64,000 bases of DNA from Solirubrobacteraceae bacterium (GCA_050010595.1 JBEKKS010000004.1:30347-94346), one strand, 5' to 3'; shown: positions 29,559-38,212, numbered from the stretch's first letter. The notes: a model not told the origin generated them from the letters alone. Numbers and translations: made by a program.

Positions 29559-30464
29559 CTAGCCGCGGCGGCGCTTGCGCTTCTTCGACGCCGAGCGCGA
29601 CGGCGCGGGGGGCGGCGTCGGAACGGGCGCCAGTGACCCGCGCGGCTCACGCCGCGGCGAGCGCTGGCCGCCACGCTGGCGCGGCTGCTGCGGGGCCCAT
29701 GGGATCGCCTCGCCCGCAGCCCATGCCGGCGGCAGGACCATACCGGCGACCTCGAGCAGCGTCAGGCCAACCCCGCCCAGGAAGAGGAACTGGACGACCG
29801 GGATCGGGACGATCGGGATCACGAAGAGGACGCCACCGACGATTCCGATGATCCCGAGCGCCCGCGTCACGAGGCCGACGCGCATGGCACGCAGCGCGAC
29901 GAGCACGAACCCGATCGCGAGCGACAGGTAGCCAACGAGGTAGAGCAACTCCAGCACGTCGCGCAGCGTGCCGCCGACCGACGCGTTGTAGGCGGCGGTG
30001 TTCTGCACAGCGTCGTGGAGGAACTGGTGCGCGCCAATGACGTCGGAGATCGCAAACGCGACCGAGATGACACCTAAGAACGGCGCCGCGTAGCGCGAGA
30101 GCACGTGCGAGACCCGCGACGGCGGCGCACCGCGAGCCACAGCAGCGTCGCGCAGATAGCCGAGCGGCCAGCTCATCGCAACCAACGCGATGCCCGACAG
30201 GATCCACCCGACGAGGTCGGTGACCGCATGCTTGTCGAGGAAGCGCGCATCGGCCAGGCGTGGATCGACGGCCGCAGCCTTCGCCCCGTGCTGGAGCGCC
30301 GGCGCCAGCCCCTGCAGCAACCCGATCGAGGGACTCTTCGAAGTGACCAGCACCTCGACGAGGATCTGCCCAATCAGGTAGAGCACGCCCGCGAGGATCG
30401 CGAGCGCGGCGACACGGCGGCGCTGAGCGCCCTCGATCTCGAGCTGGCGCTCGCGGTCATCCAT
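29559..30464 (-). CDS. hypothetical polytopic membrane protein with Arg/Pro/Lys-rich C-terminal tail
   Basis: It has high GC3 and about 6 hydrophobic segments. I recognise no family. ATG 30464 (MDDRERQLE) is preferred. Confidence 0.55.
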   Translation of the reverse strand: MDDRERQLEIEGAQRRRVAALAILAGVLYLIGQILVEVLVTSKSPSIGLLQGLAPALQHGAKAAAVDPRLADARFLDKHAVTDLVGWILSGIALVAMSWPLGYLRDAAVARGAPPSRVSHVLSRYAAPFLGVISVAFAISDVIGAHQFLHDAVQNTAAYNASVGGTLRDVLELLYLVGYLSLAIGFVLVALRAMRVGLVTRALGIIGIVGGVLFVIPIVPIPVVQFLFLGGVGLTLLEVAGMVLPPAWAAGEAIPWAPQQPRQRGGQRSPRREPRGSLAPVPTPPPAPSRSASKKRKRRRG

Positions 30465-30528
30465 TGCGGGCGGGAGTGTACCCAGACTCCTCGTGGCAAG
30501 CGGCGCCCGCACCCATTACGCTGAGTGC

Positions 30529-30795
30529 ATGGAAGGCTTCGGTGGACTATTCGGCGATCCCGACGAGCTGCAGCGGCGCATGGCGGAATTCGCCGAGCAG
30601 ATGCAGGGACAGCAGCGCCTCGCTTGGGCCGACAACGCGATCAAGCTGGCAGTCGACATGACGGTTGCAGCGATCAACCGGATCAACGTACAGGGCACCG
30701 CCGAGCAGCAGGCGCAGCAGATCCGCTCGGTCATGGCGCTCGTCTTCCCGGAAGCAGTCACACTCGTGCGCGAGGCACGCTCAGGCCTGCAGTAG
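30529..30795 (+). CDS. hypothetical small helical protein (88 aa)
   Basis: It has coding-like GC3 and composition. No motif is recognised. The start could be 30493 or 30529. Confidence 0.5.
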   Translation: MEGFGGLFGDPDELQRRMAEFAEQMQGQQRLAWADNAIKLAVDMTVAAINRINVQGTAEQQAQQIRSVMALVFPEAVTLVREARSGLQ

Positions 30796-30818
30796 CGCGC
30801 CGTTCACGGGCGCGAGCC

Positions 30819-30932
30819 AGATGGTTGATTCCGCTACCCCCGCGCCGTCTGGCGGCGTCCGCTGGCGCCGGTTCGCCCGCGTCTCAGCGGTCACTCGCCA
30901 GCCGCACACGCCGGCCGCGGAATCAACCATCT
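30819..30932. repeat. 114-bp element bounded by perfect 16-bp inverted repeats (AGATGGTTGATTCCGC ... GCGGAATCAACCATCT)
   Basis: The arms at 30819-30834 and 30917-30932 were read directly. The 82-nt interior has nested complementary segments (GCTGGCG/CGCCAGC). The right arm overlaps the stop codon of the acidic protein gene. Confidence 0.6.
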
Positions 30933-31158
30933 AGTCGTCCAGCTCGGCCTCGAAATCGTCGTCGTCGAGCTCGTCGACATCGAGCTCATCGTCATCGACC
31001 TCAACAACCTCGTCGTCGTCGTCGCCGAACAGGTCGTCGTCCTCCTCGAACTCGCTGCGCGCCGGCAACGGCAGGCGAAGAGTTGCGCGGGCGCGCAAGT
31101 CGTCGGCAAACGGCGCCGGATGCTCGACGGGTCGCGACGGCAGCATGATCGTAGACAT
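30931..31158 (-). CDS. small protein with extreme polyacidic C-terminal tail (75 aa)
   Basis: It has a strong ribosome-binding site (AAGGAAAGGAG) and coding-like GC3. The C-terminal 40 residues are about 75% Asp/Glu (DDDLFGDDDDEVVEVDDDELDVDELDDDDFEAELDD). Confidence 0.65.
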   Translation of the reverse strand: MSTIMLPSRPVEHPAPFADDLRARATLRLPLPARSEFEEDDDLFGDDDDEVVEVDDDELDVDELDDDDFEAELDD

Positions 31159-31344
31159 CTCCGCTCCTTTCCTTGGTGTCTAAATCCCTCGGCGGTGCGT
31201 GCGCGGTCCGAGCCGCGGCACGGCGCGCCGTTGGGAGGTTGCAGAACTAAACGCTAATGGGAGCGGCGGGCGCGTGACTGCACGCACGCTCAACGACTCG
31301 CTGACGGCGGACGAACCGAGATGGATAATTGTCGGGAAAGTTGA

Positions 31345-31373
31345 TTGACAAACAAGACTTTCTGCCGTACGGT
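31345..31373 (+). promoter_or_regulatory. candidate promoter (-35 TTGACA, 17-nt spacer, -10 TACGGT) in an AT-rich island, pointing away from any + strand gene
   Basis: It is a perfect -35 hexamer with a TANNNT-type -10 element. The local AT-rich tract (31321-31365) stands out in a 70% GC background. Confidence 0.4.
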
Positions 31374-31379
31374 CGCTGC

Positions 31380-31501
31380 GTCAACCCGGAGGGCCCCGGT
31401 GGGCAACCGCCGGGCCCGGAGTTCTCTCTCTCCTCCCTCCATCTCCCACTGGGTCGACGTAAGTCGCTGCCAGTCCGCCCTGCGTAAGCCGCGGGGCGGA
31501 C
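31380..31501 (+). ncRNA. candidate small RNA of about 120 nt: 5' hairpin with GCAA tetraloop, CU-rich single-stranded tract, 3' hairpin
   Basis: It lies downstream of the promoter above. The 5' hairpin spans 31391-31417. A pyrimidine tract spans 31422-31450 (UUCUCUCUCUCCUCCCUCCAUCUCCCACU). A 12-bp hairpin spans 31473-31501. It matches no Rfam family I recognise. Confidence 0.3.
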
Positions 31502-31512
31502 GGCAGGCCTGT

Positions 31513-31974
31513 CTAGATCCGATCGAGCTCCGCGAGCACCAACTCATCGTGAGTGGCCGGCTTGACGTTCTCCAGCACGCGAGCGACCTTGCCGTCGGCG
31601 TCGATCACGAACGTCGTGCGCAGATTGCCCCAGTAGGTGCGTCCATACATCGACTTCTCAGCCCATACGCCGTAGGCCTCTGCGACAGAGTGATCGGCAT
31701 CCGCGAGCAGCTTGAAGTCGAGGTCGTGCTTGTCGGCGAACCGCTTGATCGCCTTCACCGGGTCGGGCGAGACGCCGAGCACGACGGCACCGCTCGCCGC
31801 GTAGTCGGCGCGGTGGTCGCGAATGCCACAGGCCTGGGTGGTGCATCCGGGCGTGTCGGCTTTGGGGTAGAAGTAGAGGACGACCGGCTTCCCGCGCAGC
31901 GCCGACAGCGTCACGGGCCTGTCGTCCTGGTCATGCAGCGTGAAGTCGGGAGCAACAGCACCCTCGTCGATCAT
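31513..31974 (-). CDS. bcp: thioredoxin-dependent thiol peroxidase (peroxiredoxin Bcp)
   Basis: It has the AhpC/TSA fold and the active-site motif FYPKADTPGCTTQAC. Confidence 0.9.
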   Translation of the reverse strand: MIDEGAVAPDFTLHDQDDRPVTLSALRGKPVVLYFYPKADTPGCTTQACGIRDHRADYAASGAVVLGVSPDPVKAIKRFADKHDLDFKLLADADHSVAEAYGVWAEKSMYGRTYWGNLRTTFVIDADGKVARVLENVKPATHDELVLAELDRI

Positions 31975-31990
31975 TGAGCCTCCGCTCGTC

Positions 31991-32839
31991 TCATTTCAGC
32001 AGTCGTGAGAGCCGGCGATCCTTGAGCACGCGACCCTCGGTCTGGCAAATCGGGCAGTAGCTCATCACATAGTCCTCGAAGCTGACCGACTCCAGCTTGG
32101 TCGCGCAGCGCGGGCAGGGGTCGCCGGCGTGACGGTGCACCGCGAGCGGCAGCGGCAGCTTGTCGGGCAACGGCAGTGCAAGCGTGCCCTCGTAGTGCTC
32201 GAGCGCGCCACCGAGCGTGATTGCGATCGCTTCGCGCAGCGCTTGCACCTCCTGCGAGGAGAGGTCCGTGCCGCGCTTGAACGGGGAGATCTGCGCGGTC
32301 CAGAGGATCTCGTCAACCCACGAGCGGCCAATGCCCGCAATCACGTGCTGATCGCGCAGCGCCGCATAGAGCGGGCGCGGCTGCGCAAGGCGCTGGGCGA
32401 GGTCCTCGGGCGGCTCGGGCCAGGCCTCGGGTCCGAGCGAGGCGAGCGCCGCGTCGGCTTCGAGCTGCGTCGACTCGAGCAACTTCGCCCAGGCCGCCTG
32501 CTTGGTCCCGAATTCACGCAGGCGCAACTCACGGCCATCCCGCAGGCGGATCAGCAACCGCGAGGTACGGTCGCGCATGCTCGCGCGCGTGTCGTAGAGC
32601 TGCAGGCGGCCCGCCGACATCAGGTGGATCAGCAGCGCGAGCCCGCCGTCGAACTCGACCACGAGGTGCTTGCCCCGGCGGTGGACGCCGGTTAGCGCGA
32701 GCCCCTCGAGCGCGGCGAGGGGTGGCGCAAAGGTCTTCAGGGTGTTGAGACCGGGAGCGAGCGCCGACTCGACGATCGCGCCCTGCAGTGCGCGACCGAG
32801 CAGTCGCGCCGTGATCTCGACCTCGGGCAGCTCGGGCAT
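31991..32839 (-). CDS. Fpg/Nei family DNA glycosylase / AP lyase
   Basis: It has the N-terminal catalytic MPELPEVE motif, an H2TH region, and a C-terminal zinc finger CPRC...CPIC. ATG 32839 is preferred over the extended ORF call. Confidence 0.88.
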   Translation of the reverse strand: MPELPEVEITARLLGRALQGAIVESALAPGLNTLKTFAPPLAALEGLALTGVHRRGKHLVVEFDGGLALLIHLMSAGRLQLYDTRASMRDRTSRLLIRLRDGRELRLREFGTKQAAWAKLLESTQLEADAALASLGPEAWPEPPEDLAQRLAQPRPLYAALRDQHVIAGIGRSWVDEILWTAQISPFKRGTDLSSQEVQALREAIAITLGGALEHYEGTLALPLPDKLPLPLAVHRHAGDPCPRCATKLESVSFEDYVMSYCPICQTEGRVLKDRRLSRLLK

Positions 32840-32865
32840 ACCCTCAGGGTAGCCCGCCCACGCCC

Positions 32866-34332
32866 TCAGCTGGCAGGCTTCGAGGACCCGGGCACGTACG
32901 CGCGGGTCGGCGCGCCATCGTAGACAGTGCCTGCCGCGGAGGTCCACTGGACGCGCCACAAGCGGTTTGCGACGAAGTTGCCGCTCGCGGTCCAATACCC
33001 GTTCGCGTCTGTTTGCGCGGTGAGCAGCTGCTGCCAGGTCCCGCCGCCATTACTCGAGTACTGGAGCACCACCGTGGTGGACGCGGTCGCCGGTCGCACG
33101 AGCCCCCAGAAGGCAACGTGCGATCCCCCCTGCACAGTGACCGCCAAGGGCAGCCGGTAGCCGTTGTAGATCGGCTTCGGCCGGCCGTTGACGTATTCCA
33201 GCCCGGTCTGGAAGCTGCCATCCCCCGGATCCGGCTCATCGGTCAGCAGGTATTGATCGAACGAGACGACCCGCGGGTCGCTCCACGCGATCTGCTCCGC
33301 GATCGCGTCGTACTCAGCCTGCTTGGCCACTGGGACACCGAGCGAACTGGGCGTGCTCTGCACGCCGTACTCGGTGACGTAGATCGGCAAATTGGCAGCG
33401 ACCGCCCCGGCGGCCGCTGCCTTGTTGAGCGCCGTGGCAAGCTGGCCGAGCGTCGCCATCGTGACGTCGTTGGCCCCGCCATCGTAGGCGGCCGGGACCC
33501 AGTACGGACCCTGCTGCTCGTCGTAGGGGTGCTGGGCGTAGCCCGCAGCGGGCAGGCGCCCGCAGCTGCGGCTCTTCTGGTAGCTCGAGCTCAAGCACAG
33601 GGCATCGCGCATGAAAGTGAGCGGTGCGACGATGTCCGCGTAGCGGTTGCCGTAGGGCGAGGTCTCACCCATCAGCACCTTCATCCCGCTGAAGTTGCCC
33701 GAGGCCTTGAGCCCGGCGTAGCCGTCGAGGAAGAGCTTGCGATAGATCGACGCCGAGCGGACCTGATTGCCGACGTACTGGGGCATCAGCATCTGGGGCT
33801 GGTTCGGCTCGTTCCAGACGGAGTAGAGCTTCACGTAGCCGCCGAACTCGCGGCCGACCGCTTGCATGAACTTGCCGTAGTAGACGGGGTTCGGATTCGT
33901 CACGAGCTCCTGCAGCTTCCGGCTGCTGCTCTCGTGCTTGATGTGCGCCGTCGCGCAGGCAGAGGCCCAGCACGGCGCATTCCCGGTGACAGTCAATAGC
34001 ACCTTCCAGTTCAGCTCCTGCGCTTGCTGGATCAGGTAGAAGTACTGGCCCCAGTTGTAGCTCGAAGCCTGCGCAAGATTCACATTCGGCTTCGTGCGCG
34101 AGTTCGGATGCGGAGCCACCTCGCCCCAGATCAGCTGGATGCGCAGCGCGTGAACGCCGAGCGCCTCGAGCTGCTGGATCGCCGGGCCACGGGTGCTCGT
34201 GTAGAGCAGCTGCTGCGGCGCCTCGAAGAAATCGATCTGCGTCTGCGACGCGCTCGCTGCGGGCGCCGCGACGCACGCCAAGCTGAGCGCCAGCAGCGTG
34301 AAGATGGTTGCTATCGCCTTGGAAGAGCGCAT
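32866..34332 (-). CDS. secreted clan GH-A glycoside hydrolase (GH5/GH39-like) with C-terminal beta-sandwich region
   Basis: It has a signal peptide (ALSLACVAAPAASA), the acid/base motif VWNEPN, and a nucleophile region IYVTEYG. Confidence 0.65.
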   Translation of the reverse strand: MRSSKAIATIFTLLALSLACVAAPAASASQTQIDFFEAPQQLLYTSTRGPAIQQLEALGVHALRIQLIWGEVAPHPNSRTKPNVNLAQASSYNWGQYFYLIQQAQELNWKVLLTVTGNAPCWASACATAHIKHESSSRKLQELVTNPNPVYYGKFMQAVGREFGGYVKLYSVWNEPNQPQMLMPQYVGNQVRSASIYRKLFLDGYAGLKASGNFSGMKVLMGETSPYGNRYADIVAPLTFMRDALCLSSSYQKSRSCGRLPAAGYAQHPYDEQQGPYWVPAAYDGGANDVTMATLGQLATALNKAAAAGAVAANLPIYVTEYGVQSTPSSLGVPVAKQAEYDAIAEQIAWSDPRVVSFDQYLLTDEPDPGDGSFQTGLEYVNGRPKPIYNGYRLPLAVTVQGGSHVAFWGLVRPATASTTVVLQYSSNGGGTWQQLLTAQTDANGYWTASGNFVANRLWRVQWTSAAGTVYDGAPTRAYVPGSSKPAS

Positions 34333-34478
34333 TTGACTGGTGGGCAGCCTGACCACGGCCACCCTCAACGAAACCGTAGTCTGCCTGGAATGTTGCGCGG
34401 TTGGACGCCTTGATGCGCAATCCGCAACGTCAGCTCAACATGGCAGCAGCGCGGATCCACAGCGGCTGATCGCGAGCG

Positions 34479-34940
34479 TCAGTCGTCGCTGAGCGTCACG
34501 CGCTCGATCCCGACCGGCGTCTTCGGACGGTCGCGACCATCGGTCTCGACAGCCTCGATCGCATCGAGCACATCGATGCCTGCCGTGACCTGTCCGAACA
34601 CCGTGTGCTTCCCGTCGAGCCAGGGGCACTCTTCTGCGGTGACGATGAAGAACTGCGAGCCATTCGTGTTGGGCCCGGAGTTCGCCATCGCAAGCGCGCC
34701 GCGCACCACGCGGTGATCGTTGAACTCGTCGTCGAAGCTATAGCCGGGACCGCCGGTTCCGGTCCCCTGCGGGCAGCCGCCCTGGATCATGAAGTCGCGG
34801 ATCACGCGATGGAAGATCAGCCCGTCGTAGAAGCCGTCCGAGGCCAGCTTGCGGAAGTTCTCTACGGTCTTGGGCGCGTCCTCGTCGAACAGCTCGATGA
34901 CGATCTCGCCTTCGGAAGTTGTCATGGTGGCGACAGACAT
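34479..34940 (-). CDS. peptidyl-prolyl cis-trans isomerase, cyclophilin type
   Basis: It has the cyclophilin motifs FHRVIRDFMIQGG, SMANSGPNTNGSQFFI-like and HTVFG. ATG 34940 has an AAGAGGAG ribosome-binding site. Confidence 0.9.
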   Translation of the reverse strand: MSVATMTTSEGEIVIELFDEDAPKTVENFRKLASDGFYDGLIFHRVIRDFMIQGGCPQGTGTGGPGYSFDDEFNDHRVVRGALAMANSGPNTNGSQFFIVTAEECPWLDGKHTVFGQVTAGIDVLDAIEAVETDGRDRPKTPVGIERVTLSDD

Positions 34941-35062
34941 CGCTGCGGCTCCTCTTGTCGTTGCTGGGCCGGCCACGATAGCGCGCCGGCGGTCCGACTC
35001 GACGCGGACTGGACTGCCCTAGAGATGAGTAGGGCTGTGCGCAGATCGGTCCGCGGGGGCCA

Positions 35063-36559
35063 TCACTGCAAGCTTGGCGCCGGCGCACCGCGTGCTGAGC
35101 ACGCAGCGCACAGTTGGGCCGGCTCGCCGCTTCCACCGAGCAGCCGGTCAACGCGCCGACGCAGGGGCAGCGGTTCCAGGCGCTGACCGCAGCGCGTGCA
35201 GGCGCCGGTCGCTGCGGTCATTACGGTGACGGGCCCGGCGCTCAGGCGCTCGGCGTCGAGGCCAAGCCGGAGCGTCAGCGCGCCCTCGGGGCAGGCGCGC
35301 ACGCACAGTCCGCAGCCCGTGCACGATCGGGCGTCGTGGACAAGGGAAGCGTCGGCCCCGCTGTCGCCGCGGACGATCGCGCCCGTCGGGCATGCCGCGG
35401 TGCAGGCGCCGCAGAGCGTGCAGCAATCCGGGTCGAGGTCGAGCAGACCAAGCGGGGAGACCTCCGACTCGACGCATAGGCGTGGGTCGGCCGCGCCGGC
35501 CAGCGCCCTCACGGTTGCCCGGGGCTCGCGCAGCGCAAGCGGCGCCGTCATCGCAACGTAGGTAGCCGACAGCTCGACCCGCTCGCTCAGCGCGAGCACG
35601 CCTGCCGCACGAGCGCAGCACGCCCCCCCGCATCCCGCGAGGCGGATCTCGACTCCACGCGCGCGGAGTCCGAGCAGCCAGCCGGGCGTGAGGACACTGA
35701 GCGTAGGAAGCTCGACCAGGCCCCACCCCGCGGGTGCCCGCGCCCGAGCAGAACGGCAGGCCAACACGATCCTCTCGAAGACGGTCAGCAGCACCTCCAA
35801 TTGGGCTTCGATCTGGGCGGGCGCGGCGCCGGAGAGATGGATCGCTTGCACCGGGCAAGCCGTCACGCACCGACCGCAGGCGGTGCAGGCACCGCCACGA
35901 ACGGCGGGGTGACTGCCCGAAAGGTCGATCGCCTCCTCGGGGCAGTCGCGAGCACAGTTGCCGCAACGGCGCGAGCCGACGCATACGGCCGGGTCGATGA
36001 TGGCGACCGGGTCCCGGGTCGCCGGCGCTCGCAACATGAGCAGTGCTCGGCGGCTGAGTTGCCCTGCATCCGCAGCCAGCCGGCCGGACTCGCCCGGCGC
36101 GAGTCGCGCGAGCTTCGCAACGGCACCGGCGAGCAGCGCCGCAGCCTCGGCTTCGGAGCGCCGGGCAAGAGCCACCGTCTCGATCCCGAAAGGATCGATG
36201 CCGGCTCCGATCAGTGCTTCGACCTGATTCGCGGACGGACGGCAGTCGCAGAGGCCAAGCACGACGCGATCGCAGCCCGATCCACGGGCCGCGACGGCGG
36301 CCGCCTCGGCATCCTCACACAGCCGGTCGACAGTCCAAGCGAGCGCACGTGGCGGAACGATCCCCGGGACGAAAGCGTCCGCGCAGATGAGAACAGCGAT
36401 CGGGTCAGCCGGCGAGCGCGTCGGTCCACTCCCGGGTGACCACCGCAAGCGAGCGATAGAACGGGAGTGTCGTCTCGGCCGCGACGCGTTCGCAGAACGG
36501 TCCGATCCACAGCGCGAGATGGGTGTCGAGCAGCTCGGCGGCGGCCTCGTCGTGTCCAC
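35063..36559 (-). CDS. cytoplasmic polyferredoxin: two repeats of (Cys-containing alpha/beta-like module + 2x[4Fe-4S] ferredoxin domain) with a C-terminal CxxC...CxxC motif
   Basis: It has four CxxCxxCxxxCP motifs (CGNCARDCP, CTACGRCVTACP, CTLCGACTAACP, CTGCGLCVRACP) and no signal peptide. It is the last gene of the Mo-enzyme operon. The start is unresolved: GTG 36559 or TTG 36448, both overlapping the TorD-like gene. Confidence 0.65.
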   Translation of the reverse strand: MDTTRPPPSCSTPISRCGSDRSANASRPRRHSRSIARLRWSPGSGPTRSPADPIAVLICADAFVPGIVPPRALAWTVDRLCEDAEAAAVAARGSGCDRVVLGLCDCRPSANQVEALIGAGIDPFGIETVALARRSEAEAAALLAGAVAKLARLAPGESGRLAADAGQLSRRALLMLRAPATRDPVAIIDPAVCVGSRRCGNCARDCPEEAIDLSGSHPAVRGGACTACGRCVTACPVQAIHLSGAAPAQIEAQLEVLLTVFERIVLACRSARARAPAGWGLVELPTLSVLTPGWLLGLRARGVEIRLAGCGGACCARAAGVLALSERVELSATYVAMTAPLALREPRATVRALAGAADPRLCVESEVSPLGLLDLDPDCCTLCGACTAACPTGAIVRGDSGADASLVHDARSCTGCGLCVRACPEGALTLRLGLDAERLSAGPVTVMTAATGACTRCGQRLEPLPLRRRVDRLLGGSGEPAQLCAACSARGAPAPSLQ

Positions 36560-36989
36560 GACCGAGGGCGGCTGCCACTGCCTCCCATTCGATCATCACG
36601 TGATCCGGAAGCTCGCCGGCGTCCTCGCGGACGGCCAGGCCGATCGAGGAGTAGAGATCGGCGACCGCGAGAGCCGCGGGGCCCATCACCGATCCGGCGT
36701 CGCGCCGGGATACGCCGGCCCGCCAGAGGGACTCGTAGGGCAGGCACGGGGCGGGGCCAGGCCCGACGAACAGCCGCTCGTACTCGTCGAGCAGCTCAAG
36801 CGCCTCCGCGGACCCGGCGGTCTCGCGTAGCTCGTCGAGCGCATTTGTGTCGGATGTGAGGGCCGCGGCCGCCTCGCCCGCCGTGTCCCAGGTCGCGGCC
36901 CACAGATCGCGAGTGTCGTCCGTCGGCCGGCTCCACCAGCGAGACAGCGCAGCGGCGGCGTCCGCAGTGAGGTCGGCGGCTGCGATCAT
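36405..36989 (-). CDS. TorD/DmsD family redox-enzyme maturation chaperone
   Basis: It has the family pattern EYERLFVGPGPAPCLPYESLW ... PDHVMIEWEAV. It overlaps the upstream NrfD-type gene by 4 nt. Confidence 0.8.
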   Translation of the reverse strand: MIAAADLTADAAAALSRWWSRPTDDTRDLWAATWDTAGEAAAALTSDTNALDELRETAGSAEALELLDEYERLFVGPGPAPCLPYESLWRAGVSRRDAGSVMGPAALAVADLYSSIGLAVREDAGELPDHVMIEWEAVAAALGRGHDEAAAELLDTHLALWIGPFCERVAAETTLPFYRSLAVVTREWTDALAG

Positions 36990-38212
36990 GCCACCGCCTC
37001 CGCGTCATCGAGCGACCGCAACCACTTGTAGCCGACGGTCAGCAGCAGGACAAGGAACGCGACGGTACCCAAGACGATCGAGTACTCGACCCACGTCGGG
37101 TGATAGGCGCCGGTCAGCTGGAAGGAGCTCGATCCAATTCCGGACGACCCGATCGAGACCCCGGGAGCGAACCAGAGGATTGGCTTGAGCAGGCCGCCGA
37201 CGACGAGCTCGATCCGGAACGCGTAGACGCCGACGAGGATGAGCGCGGAGGCAAGGCCGATACGCCAAGGCCGGAGCTTTCCCGACCAGACGAGGAGAAC
37301 GAACGGGATGAGCCCGCCGACCACCCATTCGAGCCAGAACAGGACCTGCCAGCTTCCGCCGGGGAGAAGCATGTTGAGGACGGCGCGATCGCGCGGGACG
37401 TTGCCCCAAAGGATCGTCACGTAGTCGGCGAACACGAGGAAGAGGTCGACCGCGAGCGTTGTCGCGAGCAGCTTGCGCACCGTCGACCACGTCTCGTCCG
37501 GGAGCGCAAGTCGGTCAAAGCGCCGCGCCGCGAGGGCAACGAGTGCTACCAGCGCGCTGCCCGACAGGATCGCTGAGGTGACGAACAACGGGGCCATCAG
37601 AGCCGTGTTCCAGAACGGTCGAGCGAACTGCAGCCCGAAGATCCACGCCGTGATCGAATGCAGCAGGACGGCTGCGGGAAGACCGACGTAGGCCAGCACA
37701 CGAAGCGTTCGCCGTCGCTTGGCCTCCTCGCCCGTGCGGCGAGTCATGACTGTCAGGTCGACCACCGCGAAGATGAGATAGACGCTGATGATGATGATGT
37801 CCCAGATCATCGGGGAGGTCCAGTTCGGGTACCAGATCAGCTCCCACACGCGGTCGGGCCGACCGAGGTCGGGGATGATCTGCATCGCTGCGACGAGGAC
37901 GCACGCGGCGGCGCTGAGCACGCCGATCCGGGCGAGCGGCCGCAGGCTCTTCGCGCCGAATACCTCAGCGGAGGAGGCCATGATCAGGCCGCCCGCGGAG
38001 AGGCCGACAAAGAACGCAAATGTGGTGATGTAGAGGCCCCACGAGACCTCGTCGCGCATGCCGGTGGCGATCAGGCCCTGCGTCAGCTGGTAGATCCACG
38101 CCGCGAGCGCCCACAGGACGATCAGGGCGAGCGCCCCCACCCAGACCTTTGCCGACCGGCCGAAGGAGATCCCCGATGCGCTCGGGTGGGCTGTCCCTGC
38201 GGCGGTGCTCAT
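36986..38212 (-). CDS. NrfD/PsrC-type polytopic membrane quinol-interacting subunit
   Basis: It has about 10 TM segments with an NrfD-like pattern (DEVSWGLYITTFAFFVGLSAGG). ATG 38212 overlaps the FeS subunit stop as ATGA. Confidence 0.85.
   Translation of the reverse strand: MSTAAGTAHPSASGISFGRSAKVWVGALALIVLWALAAWIYQLTQGLIATGMRDEVSWGLYITTFAFFVGLSAGGLIMASSAEVFGAKSLRPLARIGVLSAAACVLVAAMQIIPDLGRPDRVWELIWYPNWTSPMIWDIIIISVYLIFAVVDLTVMTRRTGEEAKRRRTLRVLAYVGLPAAVLLHSITAWIFGLQFARPFWNTALMAPLFVTSAILSGSALVALVALAARRFDRLALPDETWSTVRKLLATTLAVDLFLVFADYVTILWGNVPRDRAVLNMLLPGGSWQVLFWLEWVVGGLIPFVLLVWSGKLRPWRIGLASALILVGVYAFRIELVVGGLLKPILWFAPGVSIGSSGIGSSSFQLTGAYHPTWVEYSIVLGTVAFLVLLLTVGYKWLRSLDDAEAVA

Noticed and set aside
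31345-31977. A 210-aa plus-strand ORF starting at TTG 31345.
   Set aside because: It runs entirely antisense to bcp, and its TTG is the -35 hexamer of the candidate promoter. It has no coding-like composition upstream of the bcp overlap.
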